From a virus (taxonomy: Duplodnaviria; Caudoviricetes), in the IMG/VR virus record IMGVR_UViG_3300043754_000035, positions 1-54,145 of that record: DNA of 54,145 bases. One strand, given 5' to 3'. Under the pieces are notes generated by a model that had not been told where the DNA came from, did no database searches, and saw nothing but the letters and a program-made list of their open reading frames with translations. A program made the position numbers and the translations under genes. Position 1 is the stretch's first letter. Every line of letters begins with the position of its first letter. Positions 27,765-36,063 of this stretch are shown piece after piece.

Positions 27765-27904
27765 GCGGGTGGCTGTGGGGTGCGTGGGGCCAGATCTGGC
27801 CGAACCTGGCCGCCAACGTCCTGTGGGTGCCGCTGGCCGCCGCCCATCACGTCCTGATCCGCCGCCACATCACCCAGCTACACCAACTGAAGGAGACGCC
27901 GTGA
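27761..27904 (+). CDS. Small membrane peptide (47 aa)
   Basis: ATGA and GTGA overlaps; MSGWLWGAWGQIWPNLAANVLWVPL. Confidence 0.6.
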   Translation: MSGWLWGAWGQIWPNLAANVLWVPLAAAHHVLIRRHITQLHQLKETP

Positions 27905-28536
27905 TCGTCGACTATGCGTGGTCGCACCCAGGCGGCGCGGCCCTTCAGGCTGCGGGCGTCCAGGGCGCGGCCCGGTACCTCGGGCACGACAGCAGCAAGG
28001 ACATCACGAGGGCCGAGGCGGACGACAATGCCGCGCACGGCGTCTGGTCGGCCTGTGTCTTCGAGGACAGCGCGCAGCGGCCCCTCGCCGGGCACGCGGC
28101 CGGTGTCGCGGACGCCCAACTGGCGTACGCGCAGGCCGTTGCCGCCGGCATGCCCGACTCGCGGCCGATCTACTTCGCCGTGGACACGGACACCGACTGG
28201 GCCAGCGTCGAGCCGTACGCCGCGGGCTGGGCGTCGGTCCTCGGTCCGGCGCGCAGCGGTGTGTACGGGGGCCTCCGGGTCATCCAGGGCGGGTCCGCTT
28301 CGGGGCTCGTGTCCTGGTACTGGCAGACGGATGCGTGGTCCGGCGGTGTCTGGGACGTCCACGCGCACCTGCGCCAGGAGGGCTCGATCACTATCAACGG
28401 CGTCGACTGCGACCGCAACACGGCCATGACCGCTGACTACGGGCAGTGGATGCCCGGGATCAGCCCGGCCGCGCCCATCCCCAACCCGTCCCCGCGCCAC
28501 CACCGGCCGCGGGCGTACCGAGCGATCGGAGTCTGA
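27901..28536 (+). CDS. Endolysin, DUF1906/GH25-like glycoside hydrolase
   Basis: AAGGAG RBS; VDYAW.HP, ARYL, PIYFAVD.D, GVYG, WQT.AWSGG, DCD.N. Confidence 0.88.
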   Translation: MIVDYAWSHPGGAALQAAGVQGAARYLGHDSSKDITRAEADDNAAHGVWSACVFEDSAQRPLAGHAAGVADAQLAYAQAVAAGMPDSRPIYFAVDTDTDWASVEPYAAGWASVLGPARSGVYGGLRVIQGGSASGLVSWYWQTDAWSGGVWDVHAHLRQEGSITINGVDCDRNTAMTADYGQWMPGISPAAPIPNPSPRHHRPRAYRAIGV

Positions 28537-28538
28537 CC

Positions 28539-28796
28539 ATGAGCACCACCGCTACCCCGGCTCCCGCGAGCGCGCCGAGCCACCCGAAGCCGGAGGGACT
28601 CATCCTCGTCAAGGGCGACCCTCAGCAGGGTGAAGGCACCGAGGTCTTCGGCATCTGGCCCACCGGGTTCGTCCGCCAGATCACCGCCGCCGAGTGGACC
28701 CTGTGGGGCTCGCCGGCCTGCGATTACGAGATCGCGTTCGGCTCCGACGAGGAGTTCAACCAGCTCCGCGCCTACGACCGCGCCCTGCGCGCCTGA
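28539..28796 (+). CDS. Hypothetical protein in lysis cassette
   Basis: GGAG RBS; follows endolysin. Confidence 0.65.
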   Translation: MSTTATPAPASAPSHPKPEGLILVKGDPQQGEGTEVFGIWPTGFVRQITAAEWTLWGSPACDYEIAFGSDEEFNQLRAYDRALRA

Positions 28797-28807
28797 TGGG
28801 AGATCAC

Positions 28808-29152
28808 ATGTTCATCGTCGACCAGCTCAAGAAGGACCTCGGGAGCGCGCACGTGCGCCAGCAGGCCGCCCGGGTGCTCCGCCTGTTCGTGTTCGCGTTC
28901 GTGTCGCAGCTCGCGGCGCTCGGCACCGATCACCTCGACCGGAAGGTGCTGCTGTCCGTTGCGGTGGGCGCGGCGGAGGCGGTGTACCGGCAGTTCGCGC
29001 CGGTGGTGCCCTGGGCGAGTCTCGCGGACCGGCTCCACCTCATGAACTTCGTGCAGTCGAACGTCCCGGCTCCGGGCGCCGCCCCGGCCACCGTGACCCG
29101 GATCGTGCCTCCGGCGGCCTCGAACGGCACCGTTCCGCCGGCCGCACCGTGA
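28808..29152 (+). CDS. Holin-like membrane protein
   Basis: Two hydrophobic segments; lysis cassette. Confidence 0.55.
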   Translation: MFIVDQLKKDLGSAHVRQQAARVLRLFVFAFVSQLAALGTDHLDRKVLLSVAVGAAEAVYRQFAPVVPWASLADRLHLMNFVQSNVPAPGAAPATVTRIVPPAASNGTVPPAAP

Positions 29153-29433
29153 GCACGCCCCTCGGGGGCGACGACGGTGGGGTGGTCATCACACAGGCCC
29201 AGATGTATCAGGAGTTCCGCCGAGTGGCTGACGGCCTCATCCGGTTCGAGGCGAAGATCGAGCAGAAGTTGGACGCTCTCGGGAACGCCAATCGCGAGGT
29301 CGACAGCAGACTTGACGACCACGAGAGTCGCCTACGGCACCTGGAGGCGGGGCGCTGGCCGTGGCCGACGATCGGTGTCCTCGCGGCTGCGGCCGCCGGG
29401 GTCGCTGGCGTCGTCGCCCTGTACCAGCACTGA
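29149..29433 (+). CDS. Coiled-coil protein with C-terminal TM anchor (lysis-associated)
   Basis: DHESRLR.LE..RWPWPTIGVLA. Confidence 0.7.
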   Translation: MSTPLGGDDGGVVITQAQMYQEFRRVADGLIRFEAKIEQKLDALGNANREVDSRLDDHESRLRHLEAGRWPWPTIGVLAAAAAGVAGVVALYQH

Positions 29434-29438
29434 GCGCT

Positions 29439-29472
29439 GACGCCCCGTTCTCCTATGGGAGGGCGGGGCGTC
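29439..29472. terminator. Hairpin terminator between convergent genes
   Basis: gacgccccgttctcc / ggagggcggggcgtc stem. Confidence 0.7.
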
Positions 29473-29480
29473 GTCGTGTC

Positions 29481-29861
29481 TCAGCCAGCCGGATGGCGCT
29501 GGACGTCCTCGATGGCGCAGGTGAGGACGTTCTCCACCGGGGCGCCGGGGGCTGGCGACGCCGCGGTCTGTCCGGCGGCGAGTTGGCTGACCTCGAGGAC
29601 TCCGCGGGTGACGACGCGGCCCCCGTCGGATCGGTAGGCGACGGTGATGGTGTAGTTGGCCGGCGTGGGGCCGTGGTTGGTGATGGTGACCTGGGCGGTG
29701 GCTCCTGGGCCGCAGGATAAGAGCTGGGCGTCGCCGTATTGAGAGGGGCTGACGATGGTGGTGGCGTTGGCGGTGCCGACCTCGGTGGGCGCTGGGAAGA
29801 CGCGGCAGCCGTCCAGCAGCGGCAGGGTGAGTGCGAGCAGGGTGGCTGTTCGGGCGCGCAT
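29481..29861 (-). CDS. Putative lipoprotein with Ig-like domain; contains a TTA codon
   Basis: GGAGG RBS; signal peptide with LDGC lipobox-like site; TTA at codon 48. Confidence 0.65.
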   Translation of the reverse strand: MRARTATLLALTLPLLDGCRVFPAPTEVGTANATTIVSPSQYGDAQLLSCGPGATAQVTITNHGPTPANYTITVAYRSDGGRVVTRGVLEVSQLAAGQTAASPAPGAPVENVLTCAIEDVQRHPAG

Positions 29862-29941
29862 GGCGTCGCCTCCCGGGTTGTGGCCAGGATGTGACGGTAC
29901 CGCGCGTACGCCGTGGGTGATACCCGGCTGCTGAGGCCGTG

Positions 29942-30265
29942 TCAGGCCGCCGCAGCCACCTGGGCGGCGGTCTTCAGGGCGTCCCAGGTCTGGGCGTGGC
30001 AGCCCTCGGTGCGGGCCTGCTCGAGCAGCGGGTGCGCGCGGACGGCGAGCGCCGCCGCGGTGTGGGCCTCGTAGAGGCGGTCGAGCTCGGCGGATTCCTC
30101 GTCCGTCCAGGTGCAGCGGGCCACGACGTCGTCCGGGTGCTCGTCGCGGCGCCGGGCCTGCACGGTGGCGACGTACTCGCCAACGGCAGCGTAGGCCGCA
30201 GCGGCGGCACGCTGGAGCTCGATCAGGTCGGACGGAAGTTCGAGAGGCTTGGGCACGGGCCCCAT
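29942..30265 (-). CDS. Hypothetical helical protein
   Basis: Downstream of HTH-TPR gene, same strand. Confidence 0.7.
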   Translation of the reverse strand: MGPVPKPLELPSDLIELQRAAAAAYAAVGEYVATVQARRRDEHPDDVVARCTWTDEESAELDRLYEAHTAAALAVRAHPLLEQARTEGCHAQTWDALKTAAQVAAAA

Positions 30266-30283
30266 GGTACGGGGCCCGTCACC

Positions 30284-31642
30284 TCATGCCGCGACGACCG
30301 ACCGGGCCCGCTCGTTGAAGTCGGCGACGAGCCGGTTGCCGCCGGCGCCGTAGGGCGTCATTCGCTTCTGCAGGTCGGCAACCGCCTCAACGGCCCTCGA
30401 GGACTGGACCTTGCCGGTTAGCGACAGGGTGCGGAGGCCGGCGGCGTGCGCGAGCTCGAGTTCTCCGCGCTGCAGGTATGCGCTGGCGAGGGCGGCCTGT
30501 GACAGCGCGCCGCGGCGGGCGCGCTTCTGCTGGCGGGCGTGGTCGATGCTGCGGCGGGCGTGCTCCTCGGACGCGGCTGGGTCGCCGATGTCCCGGAACG
30601 TCATGGCGTGCTCGCCGTGCAGGTAGGCGGGGTCGATGAAGAGGGCCCACTCCGGCTCGCGGTCGTGGTCGATTCGCTCGGCCGCGGCTTCGGACTGCAC
30701 AACAGCCCGAGCGGCCTCCGCCTTGTTGCCGAGGGCGGCCTGAGCCCTGGCCTCGAGCGCCCACAGGTCGGCCAGGCATGCGGCCGACTCGGAGTCGCGC
30801 AGGCCGAGGCGCCCGGACTGAGCGACGCGCAGCCCTTCGTCGGGGTGACCGAGCAGCGTCGCCTGGTCGGCCATGCCGGCGAGGACGTGGGCGCCGAGTG
30901 CCGCGTTGCGGGACTCCTGGGCGAGGCGGAGGGACTGGATGAGGTAGCGCTGGGCGGTGCCGTGCTCACCGTTGTCGTAGGCCATCCATCCGAGGAGGTA
31001 GGTCTGCTCTGCTGCGGCTTCGCATAGGGCCTGGCGCACGCTGTCGTCCTGCGGCCGCCGGAGCAGCGGGAAGACGTGGACGTTCATGTAGGCGGCGAGG
31101 ACGAGCCGGCCGGAGCCGCCGCCTTGGAAGATGTCGAGCTTCTGGAACTCGCCGAACATGTTCTTCACCGCGGTGACGTCCTCGAGGCGGACGCGTGGGC
31201 CGGGGTCGGGCTGCTGGTCGAGGGTGTCGAGGAGCCAGTCTCGGGACGGTCCGACGGCGGCGACGGCGGCGAACGGTGCAGCGGTGAGGAACTTTCGGCG
31301 GTCCACGTCTGCTCTCCCCAGGTCAGCGACTGTCTCCACGGTAGTCGCGTAGTCCCGGGAGTAAAGGAGCGAGCGGTCCTCGGCCGGACTGTCGCCGAGT
31401 CCGAGTTCGTACGATGTGACCCGATATCCGAGGGCATCTGAGAGGACGTCAGCGATGATCCCGGGGACCGGTCGGCGGGGGACCATGCCCTCTGCCGTCC
31501 AGCGTCGGACTGCGGTCGCCTCGGGGCTGATGTGGGGGTGGCCAGCGTCCTGAGCTGCTCGTTTGACTCGGCGTGCGAGTTCGCCGTTGCTCAGGCCGGA
31601 TCGCTTGAGCCAAGCGGTCAGCTTCTCGTTCGGTGCCTTCAT
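30284..31642 (-). CDS. Streptomyces-type N-terminal HTH + TPR regulator (NsdA-like architecture)
   Basis: PNEKL..W....GLSN.ELA.RV, VRRW...G..PR, DRRKFL, LGWMAYD.G.HG.AQRY..QSLRLA. Confidence 0.8.
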   Translation of the reverse strand: MKAPNEKLTAWLKRSGLSNGELARRVKRAAQDAGHPHISPEATAVRRWTAEGMVPRRPVPGIIADVLSDALGYRVTSYELGLGDSPAEDRSLLYSRDYATTVETVADLGRADVDRRKFLTAAPFAAVAAVGPSRDWLLDTLDQQPDPGPRVRLEDVTAVKNMFGEFQKLDIFQGGGSGRLVLAAYMNVHVFPLLRRPQDDSVRQALCEAAAEQTYLLGWMAYDNGEHGTAQRYLIQSLRLAQESRNAALGAHVLAGMADQATLLGHPDEGLRVAQSGRLGLRDSESAACLADLWALEARAQAALGNKAEAARAVVQSEAAAERIDHDREPEWALFIDPAYLHGEHAMTFRDIGDPAASEEHARRSIDHARQQKRARRGALSQAALASAYLQRGELELAHAAGLRTLSLTGKVQSSRAVEAVADLQKRMTPYGAGGNRLVADFNERARSVVAA

Positions 31643-31778
31643 GGCTTCTTGGTACCCCTCCCTGGCAATCGGCGCTGAAGTGCCACCCTGTGCCACCCCT
31701 GCCCGTGATGACCATGACCAGCTGCGGGGTGTTGCCTGAACGTGATGGTAGTCCGCCCACAAGCAACGAGGTGCGCCA

Positions 31779-32384
31779 ATGGCCGAGCCCGAATCCGCTG
31801 CCTTAGCAACACGCGATGCCGTGTCGGGCCTGTCGGCGTTCGCGTGGATCGAGGCGACGACAGACGGCCTGGTCGCCTTCCTGCTCGTGGCGCCGGCCGT
31901 CCCGGAGGTGAGCGGCGCCGACATGGCCGCTCTCGCGGAGGCGACCGGGCTTGCGGCGCCGGCCGCACTACTCCCGGACGTTGGTCCCCGGATCATGGTG
32001 GACGGCACGAGGGCAACCTTGTGCCTTCCCGAGTTGGGGCGCGCCCTGCGGATCGTGGTGAACGACGAGTGGACACGGTTCGTCAACCGCGGCGGTGCCG
32101 TGGTCCTCTTGGCCGGTGCCGATCAGCTCCTGCCGTCCTCGGAGCGCTCCGAGCTGGAGACCTACATGCGGGTCAGGCTGAGCCCGGACGGGCAGCTCTG
32201 GCTCGGCAAGACCCGTCGGTTCCACTCTGCGGCCCAACTGGCCGGTGAAGCCTGCATCTACTGCGGGGCCGCACAGCCGCCTCTTCATCCTGCAGGCACC
32301 CTCACCATCCCTGACCCCTCTCAGGACATCGTCCGCGTCTATGACATTGCGCTCTGCACCGAGCACCTGGTGGTGGAGCGGTGA
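31779..32384 (+). CDS. Hypothetical protein divergent from HTH-TPR regulator; TTA at codon 9; C-terminal Zn-binding motif
   Basis: GAGG RBS; CIYCG...C..H. Confidence 0.7.
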   Translation: MAEPESAALATRDAVSGLSAFAWIEATTDGLVAFLLVAPAVPEVSGADMAALAEATGLAAPAALLPDVGPRIMVDGTRATLCLPELGRALRIVVNDEWTRFVNRGGAVVLLAGADQLLPSSERSELETYMRVRLSPDGQLWLGKTRRFHSAAQLAGEACIYCGAAQPPLHPAGTLTIPDPSQDIVRVYDIALCTEHLVVER

Positions 32385-32593
32385 GCGCCGAGCCGCGGTT
32401 CGAGCCGGCTCAGGTCCCCGGCCTCGACGGATCACCTGGCGACTGGGGTGTGGTTGATCACCACGGGTTCAAGTGGGTCAAGGACCACCGCGGGCGGATC
32501 AGACAGTTCCCAACGCGCGAGGCCGCCAGTGTTTGGATCGGCGGCCAGCCGTCGGAGCTGGACGCCGGGGCCCGAATGGGGTTTGGCTGGTGA
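32381..32593 (+). CDS. Hypothetical protein
   Basis: GTGA overlap. Confidence 0.6.
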   Translation: MSAEPRFEPAQVPGLDGSPGDWGVVDHHGFKWVKDHRGRIRQFPTREAASVWIGGQPSELDAGARMGFGW

Positions 32594-32799
32594 GCCCGGC
32601 CTACGAGGCGCGGCCGCTGCCGGAGGACGTGATGTCCGGTCCCGAGCCTCTCTGGGGCGTCATGCGCGTCGGCCCCAAGGGCGACGGCGGCAAGCACGAG
32701 GAGGACTGGGTCCGCGACCCGGGTGACCGTACGCCCCTGTGGTTCGTGACCGGCACCCTCGCCGGCATGTACGCCGAGCAGCTCGCCAGCTGCCCATAG
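32590..32799 (+). CDS. Hypothetical protein
   Basis: GTGA overlap; ends just before hairpin. Confidence 0.55.
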   Translation: MSPAYEARPLPEDVMSGPEPLWGVMRVGPKGDGGKHEEDWVRDPGDRTPLWFVTGTLAGMYAEQLASCP

Positions 32800-32802
32800 A
32801 CC

Positions 32803-32840
32803 GCCGTCCGGGCCCGCGCCCCCACGGGGGCCCGGACGGC
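32803..32840. terminator. Hairpin terminator between convergent genes
   Basis: 13-bp IR gccgtccgggccc / gggcccggacggc. Confidence 0.75.
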
Positions 32841-32844
32841 TTCA

Positions 32845-33087
32845 TCACTCGTCCCGGAAGAGTCGCCACAGCGGGACGCCGAGGCTGTGGGCCACGAGGT
32901 AGTAGGCGGTGATCGGTAGCCCGCGGGCGCCGGTCTCCATGCGGCTGATCGTGTTGCGGTCGAGCCCGCTTCGCTCGGCAAGGTTCTCCTGGGTCCATCC
33001 GCGGTCGCGGCGTAGGCGACGGATGCGGGCACCGTCTCGCTGTCGGTCGGCGGCGAGCTCCGGCGGCAGGTGGATCTTGGCGGGCAT
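32845..33087 (-). CDS. XRE-family HTH regulator
   Basis: GARIRRLRRDRGWTQENLAERSGLDRNTISRMETG. Confidence 0.85.
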   Translation of the reverse strand: MPAKIHLPPELAADRQRDGARIRRLRRDRGWTQENLAERSGLDRNTISRMETGARGLPITAYYLVAHSLGVPLWRLFRDE

Positions 33088-33145
33088 CCAAACAACGCTG
33101 GTCTGACCTGCGGAAAAAGTCCGCACCCATATAGGTGCATCTCGA

Positions 33146-33170
33146 AGCAAGTGGGTACGCTCCACTTGCT
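33146..33170. promoter_or_regulatory. Inverted repeat, possible operator upstream of XRE gene
   Basis: AGCAAGTGG-n7-CCACTTGCT. Confidence 0.4.
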
Positions 33171-33375
33171 CGAACGGTCCGCCACCTGCATGTAAGCACT
33201 GTTGTGCCTAAACGCAGATGGCGGGATCATATGTTCGATTCCTGGGTAATGAAGCTCCCGTCGGCGGGCGGGCTCGGCGGGGCGACATGGGCCCCCGCGG
33301 CGAGACGGCCGGGGTCGAGTCGGTTCAGGCACCCCCAAGTGCGAGACGACTCGGCTCCGGCTCTTCGTGCCCAAA

Positions 33376-33631
33376 TGGGAGACGATGGGAGATGATCTTC
33401 GGGGGAAGCTGCTAGCTTGTGCCAGCTCCTGCTAGATTCGCCCAAGTCCCTCGGAGACATACATGCAGGCCAGTGCACTTCACCTGCCAGAACATCGCAG
33501 CTTCAATTGTTGCTGGGTAATGTGGTCGATTCCTAAAGGGGAGTCGCCGGCAGGCCTCTGACCTGCGGGTGACTCCCCTTTGGAAGATCAAGTGGGAGAG
33601 AAGTGGGAGATCAACTTCTGGCCTTCTCCCA
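33376..33631. other. attP region with integrase arm-type repeats
   Basis: TGGGAGA pairs at 33376/33386 and 33593/33604, inverted copy 33625; non-coding, adjacent to int 3' end. Confidence 0.7.
33535..33581. terminator. Hairpin downstream of integrase
   Basis: aaaggggagtcgcc / ggtgactccccttt stem. Confidence 0.6.
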
Positions 33632-34861
33632 TCGCTCCTGGAGCGACTCGGCGATCCGTAGCTCCATCGTCGGCGTGACACCAGCGTACACACCCTCAAC
33701 GCCCTGCAGCCGGTGTCCCATTCGGGTCTCCACGGCAACACGCGAATGCCCGTCCTCGTCGAGCCACCGCTTCATGGCATGGCGGAGCCAGTGCGGCACA
33801 GCGTCCTCCAGCCCCTCCACCGGCTCGATCTTGGGGCGCCGAACCCGTCGAGTGCGCTCGTCGGCACCACGCACGATCGGCATCCAGACGTGGGTGGAGA
33901 AGTCGGTGGTCAGCAGCGGGCCGCCACCCATCGCGGGGAAGACCCACTCGCTGTCGTGCGAGTCCAGGAGCTGAACCAGGAGGTCTGCCAGGAACGGCGG
34001 AAGCACCAGGTCGCGCATTGATCCGTACTTGGGCAGCACGAGCGTGGGCACGCGCTTGCCGCCCTCGCGCGGCTTCACGTACTGGTGCTGCCACTGCACG
34101 CGGAGCGCCGGCATCTTGGCGTACCGCTCGGCTGCGGCCTTCACGCGCTTGCGCTCGGCCGTCCGTCCGCCAGGGTTCTCAGCCCAACCCGGGTCCGACT
34201 TGGGCCAGTTCGGGTAGCACCACTCCCTGCGCAGGCCGTACATCTCACCCTGCCTCAGCCCACAGTAGGCCTTGGTGAGCACGAAGACGTAGCCGGTCAG
34301 GCCCCAGACGGCGCGGGCGTTCTCCGCCAGCTCCTCAACCTGCTCGGCGGTGACGCTGACGATCTCACTCGGTGGCGGCGCTGTGTAGCGGCCCCGCCGC
34401 CGATTGAGAGCGGGAACGGGCGATGCCTTGAGCAGGGGAGGCTGGTGGGCCACCGCATCCGCGATGATCATTCGGAAGAGTTGCAGCAACTGGGTCGAGT
34501 AGTTGAACGACAACTCCGAGCGAACGGTCTTCTCCCAGGCGAGGTACGCCGTCGTGGTGATGCGGGAGAGGGGGACATTACCCCACTGCTTGTTCAGTCG
34601 CCGGATGCGCTTGGCGTAGTTGTACTCGCTGTCCGGCGCGAGGTCGACCGTCTGGAGCCACTGCTCGGCCCACTCCTGGAAGGTCATCAGCTCGCCGGCG
34701 CTCGGGTCGAAAAAGTCTCCTCGCCGGACGTCGGTCTCCTGCGCCTGCCAGTGGGCGTCAGCCTGTGCCTTCGTGAGGAAGCCCGGCTCGGAGCCGTAGG
34801 TCCCGTCGGGCAGCTTGAATCGTGCGCGCCAGGTGCCGCCGCGCTTCTCTGACCATCCCAT
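33611..34861 (-). CDS. int: Tyrosine integrase
   Basis: Arm-binding N-terminus WRARF; CGLRQGE, HWLRH, RMGH, catalytic Y in GVY. Confidence 0.93.
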   Translation of the reverse strand: MGWSEKRGGTWRARFKLPDGTYGSEPGFLTKAQADAHWQAQETDVRRGDFFDPSAGELMTFQEWAEQWLQTVDLAPDSEYNYAKRIRRLNKQWGNVPLSRITTTAYLAWEKTVRSELSFNYSTQLLQLFRMIIADAVAHQPPLLKASPVPALNRRRGRYTAPPPSEIVSVTAEQVEELAENARAVWGLTGYVFVLTKAYCGLRQGEMYGLRREWCYPNWPKSDPGWAENPGGRTAERKRVKAAAERYAKMPALRVQWQHQYVKPREGGKRVPTLVLPKYGSMRDLVLPPFLADLLVQLLDSHDSEWVFPAMGGGPLLTTDFSTHVWMPIVRGADERTRRVRRPKIEPVEGLEDAVPHWLRHAMKRWLDEDGHSRVAVETRMGHRLQGVEGVYAGVTPTMELRIAESLQERWEKARS

Positions 34862-35079
34862 CAGCCCTCCCGTGGGGGAAGGGCGTTGGGGCAGGCAGAG
34901 GAGCAGGGCTCCGGGTCGGCTCCGGCGCGGTGGAGGAGTTCGCGGGCTTGGTTCCGAACGGCTTCGTCATCGTGCACGCGCGGCGTGACGATGCAGGTGA
35001 CCGACCCTTCAACGTCGGCGGCCCAGCCGATGAAGGCTGGCCCGAGGTCAACAAAATGGCAGACGTGCAAGACGTGCAT
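34861..35079 (-). CDS. Hypothetical protein between repressor and integrase
   Basis: GAGG RBS; TGATG overlap with int; C-terminal C...C. Confidence 0.6.
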   Translation of the reverse strand: MHVLHVCHFVDLGPAFIGWAADVEGSVTCIVTPRVHDDEAVRNQARELLHRAGADPEPCSSACPNALPPREG

Positions 35080-35228
35080 TGGCCCACCTCGCGGAGAGGA
35101 TGGCACCCCCAAGGCTGTTAAGCCTTCCACAAAATGACCACGTGTGACCCACAAAGCGCGCGGGACCAATCGAACCCCAGGTAACGATTAGGCCACGGCG
35201 GAAGCTGGTTGTGAACCGCGTGCGCCGT

Positions 35229-35651
35229 CTACGCGCCGGGCAGCTTGCCGCGCTTACGTAGCTCCTCGATCGCACGCTCCTGCAACGCCATGATCTGGGC
35301 GCCCGTCAGGTCGGGCACGGTCGCGATCGTGGCGTTCTGGATCGCCTGGCGCAGTGCGGCCTCGTCGACCGGCGGGTTTGAGTACCTCGCGCCGGCCGCC
35401 TTCTCGGAGGGGAAGGGGTGGAAGTCGGGGTCGTCGAGGATCTGCTCGCACGTCTTGGTCGGCCAGCCGAGGACGTCGTCCACGCGCGAGTAGGTCGTAT
35501 CGCGGACGCCGAGACCGTCTTCAACGCGCGTCCACGTGGTGTTCGACATGCTCGCGCGTCGGGCGCACTCGTCCTTGGACAGCTTCAACTGGGTGCGGCG
35601 CGTGGTGACGGCTCCGCCGAGTCGTCGCAGGTCCTCAGCATTCCTTGGCAT
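35229..35651 (-). CDS. Probable immunity repressor (XRE HTH)
   Basis: RLG.AV..RR.QL.LS..E.A.RA.MS..TW.RVE.G; divergent from Cro-like gene; start uncertain. Confidence 0.78.
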   Translation of the reverse strand: MPRNAEDLRRLGGAVTTRRTQLKLSKDECARRASMSNTTWTRVEDGLGVRDTTYSRVDDVLGWPTKTCEQILDDPDFHPFPSEKAAGARYSNPPVDEAALRQAIQNATIATVPDLTGAQIMALQERAIEELRKRGKLPGA

Positions 35652-35680
35652 TCCCACATCATCGCAGGACCACCCAGTCA

Positions 35681-35813
35681 CTGCTAGGAGACTCCCAACC
35701 TGTCCGGTTTCTCGCTACAACCTGGCATATGCCGATGCTAGATCCTGCTAGCTCGCGCCAGAAACTACGAGAAGCTGCTAGGCAAAGCTACGAGAACCTG
35801 CTACGTTCTACGC
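35681..35813. promoter_or_regulatory. Lysis/lysogeny switch region with repeated operators; probable leaderless rightward promoter
   Basis: TGCTAG x4, CTACGAGAA(g/c)CTGCTA x2; TACGTT 35802-35807 shortly before ATG 35814. Confidence 0.65.
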
Positions 35814-36062
35814 ATGCCCCAACGATCCACAGTCGAGGTAGACGGGGCGGCGATCCGCAGGATCCGCAAGCTCTCCGGTACTGACATGCGCGATTTGGCC
35901 ATCCAGGTCGGCATCAGCGCGAACTACCTCAGCCGGATCGAGACCGGATCACGTCGCCGCGTCCGGGCGAGCGTCTACGGCGCTCTCCGCGAAGCCCTCG
36001 GCGCGACCGATCAGCAGCTCCTCGCTCCTGGCGAGGACCAACCACAGCAGAGGACTACCTGA
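35814..36062 (+). CDS. Cro-like XRE HTH protein
   Basis: DGAAIRRIR...DLA.QVGISANYLSRIETG. Confidence 0.82.
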   Translation: MPQRSTVEVDGAAIRRIRKLSGTDMRDLAIQVGISANYLSRIETGSRRRVRASVYGALREALGATDQQLLAPGEDQPQQRTT

Positions 36063-36063
36063 C

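Noticed and set aside
31643-32086. N-terminal extension of the 600-aa minus ORF
   Set aside because: It overlaps the divergent gene 31779-32384; family-like sequence starts at MKAPNEKL (31642)
33233-33242. GTTCGATTCC as a tRNA T-loop or att core
   Set aside because: The flanks cannot form a T-stem or acceptor stem; no cloverleaf
35117-35122. Third TTA codon in ORF 34861-35169
   Set aside because: It lies upstream of the RBS-supported start at 35079
33611-35651. Integration-dependent immunity (attP inside the repressor gene)
   Set aside because: Arm-type repeats lie downstream of int, and neither int nor the repressor ends in an ssrA-like tag
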